A stretch of 409 nucleotides of DNA from a phage: sequence record MZ617142.1; one strand, written 5' to 3'. Under the pieces are notes generated by a model. That model saw nothing but the letters and a program-made list of their open reading frames with translations, had not been told where the DNA came from and searched no databases. Position numbers and translations under genes: made by a program. How positions within the stretch are numbered: the stretch's first letter is position 1; every line of letters begins with the position of its first letter. Positions 1-409 of this stretch are shown here, piece after piece.

Positions 1-7
1 ACAGTGA

Positions 8-409
8 TACATTGATGGTCTGCTGACTGCTGATGTGATGATTTTCGACATTGAAGACGCGATGAACCACTATGACGTGGCTGGCGAGTATTCCAACCAG
101 CTAGGTGAGGCTCTGGCCATCGCTGCCGACGGTGCGGTTTTAGCTGAAATGGCTATCCTGTGTAACCTTCCAGCTGCATCCAATGAGAACATTGCTGGCC
201 TAGGCACCGCCTCCGTACTGGAAGTTGGTACTAAAGCTGACCTCAATACCCCGGCTAAACTGGGTGAAGCAATCATTGGCCAATTGACCATTGCTCGTGC
301 GAAGCTGACCTCCAACTACGTTCCTGCTGGCGACCGTTACTTCTACACCACGCCTGATAACTACTCTGCAATCCTCGCGGCTCTCATGCCCAACGCCGCA
401 ACTACGCGA
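8..409 (+). CDS. 10: Major capsid protein, T7 gp10A-like (HK97-fold); internal fragment, open frame continues past the 3' end of the window, 5' side interrupted by an in-frame TGA at 5..7
   Basis: Seen in sequence: the reading frame starting at position 8 is open for 134 codons to the window end, with no stop. Established knowledge (recalled, not searched): the translation aligns colinearly with T7 gp10A at roughly residues 95-230, with long identical blocks (IDGLLTADV, DIEDAMNHYDV, QLGE, AADGAVLAE, NENI-GLGTA, NYVPA-DR-FY, YSAILAALMPNAA) and an overall identity of about two-thirds by eye. Codon use is strongly biased (ctg, gct, ggc, aac) and GC is about 53% by hand count, consistent with an enterobacterial-type phage. 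The ORF track probably omits this frame because it is unterminated in the window. Confidence 0.9.

Noticed and set aside
21-40. Short direct repeats tgctga-c-tgctga followed by tgtgatgatt
   Set aside because: A two-copy 6-7 bp repeat arising from the codons for L-T-A-D-V-M in a conserved motif; too short and too few copies to be a tandem repeat, CRISPR or iteron feature.
38-64. Internal ATG codons at 38..40 and 62..64 as possible translation starts for a shorter capsid-like protein
   Set aside because: Capsid homology (IDGLLTADV) begins upstream of both, neither has a convincing ribosome-binding site 5-10 nt upstream, and both correspond to conserved internal Met/Leu positions of the capsid protein.
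275-284. Perfect 10-bp palindrome attggccaat (contains TGGCCA, and overlaps CAATTG at 281..286)
   Set aside because: It lies inside the coding frame (encoding I-G-Q-L), is short, and has no flanking arms or partner site; it is consistent with chance in a 400-bp coding stretch rather than an operator or recombination site.
70-315. The 81-aa ORF on the minus strand from the supplied track (MEVSFARAMVNWPMIASPSLAGVLRSALVPTSSTEAVPRPAMFSLDAAGRLHRIAISAKTAPSAAMARASPSWLEYSPATS)
   Set aside because: It lies entirely antisense to the strongly conserved capsid frame. Its first codon is TTG (reverse complement of caa at 313..315), not ATG, and no Shine-Dalgarno-like sequence precedes it. The Ala/Ser/Pro/Arg-rich, low-complexity composition is what the antisense strand of a codon-biased GC-moderate gene typically gives. 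I recognise no homology.
1-409. T7-type late promoter, terminator, or the gene 10 programmed -1 frameshift site
   Set aside because: No match to the T7 promoter consensus (taatacgactcactataggg) and no GC-rich hairpin plus T-tract on either strand. The known T7 gene 10A/10B slippery site lies at the 3' end of the gene, downstream of this window, so it cannot be assessed here.

Overview
The whole 409-bp window is an internal fragment of one protein-coding gene on the + strand (open frame 8..409, running off the 3' end). Its translation (YIDGLLTADVMIFDIEDAMNHYDVAGEYSNQLGEALAIAADGAVLAEMAILCNLPAASNENIAGLGTASVLEVGTKADLNTPAKLGEAIIGQLTIARAKLTSNYVPAGDRYFYTTPDNYSAILAALMPNAATTR) is clearly a homologue of the phage T7 major capsid protein gp10A (HK97-fold), so this is phage or prophage structural DNA from a T7-like podovirus (Autographiviridae-type). 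No RNA gene, CRISPR array, mobile-element end, promoter or terminator is visible, and there is no intergenic sequence. The only 81-aa ORF on the supplied track is an antisense artefact of this gene. The one real anomaly is at the 5' edge: an in-frame TGA at 5..7 sits two codons before the conserved IDGLL motif, and the matching upstream residues appear to be in a different frame. I see a conserved phage capsid gene here, not a novel system. All homology statements rest on my recollection of T7 gp10A, not on a database search.
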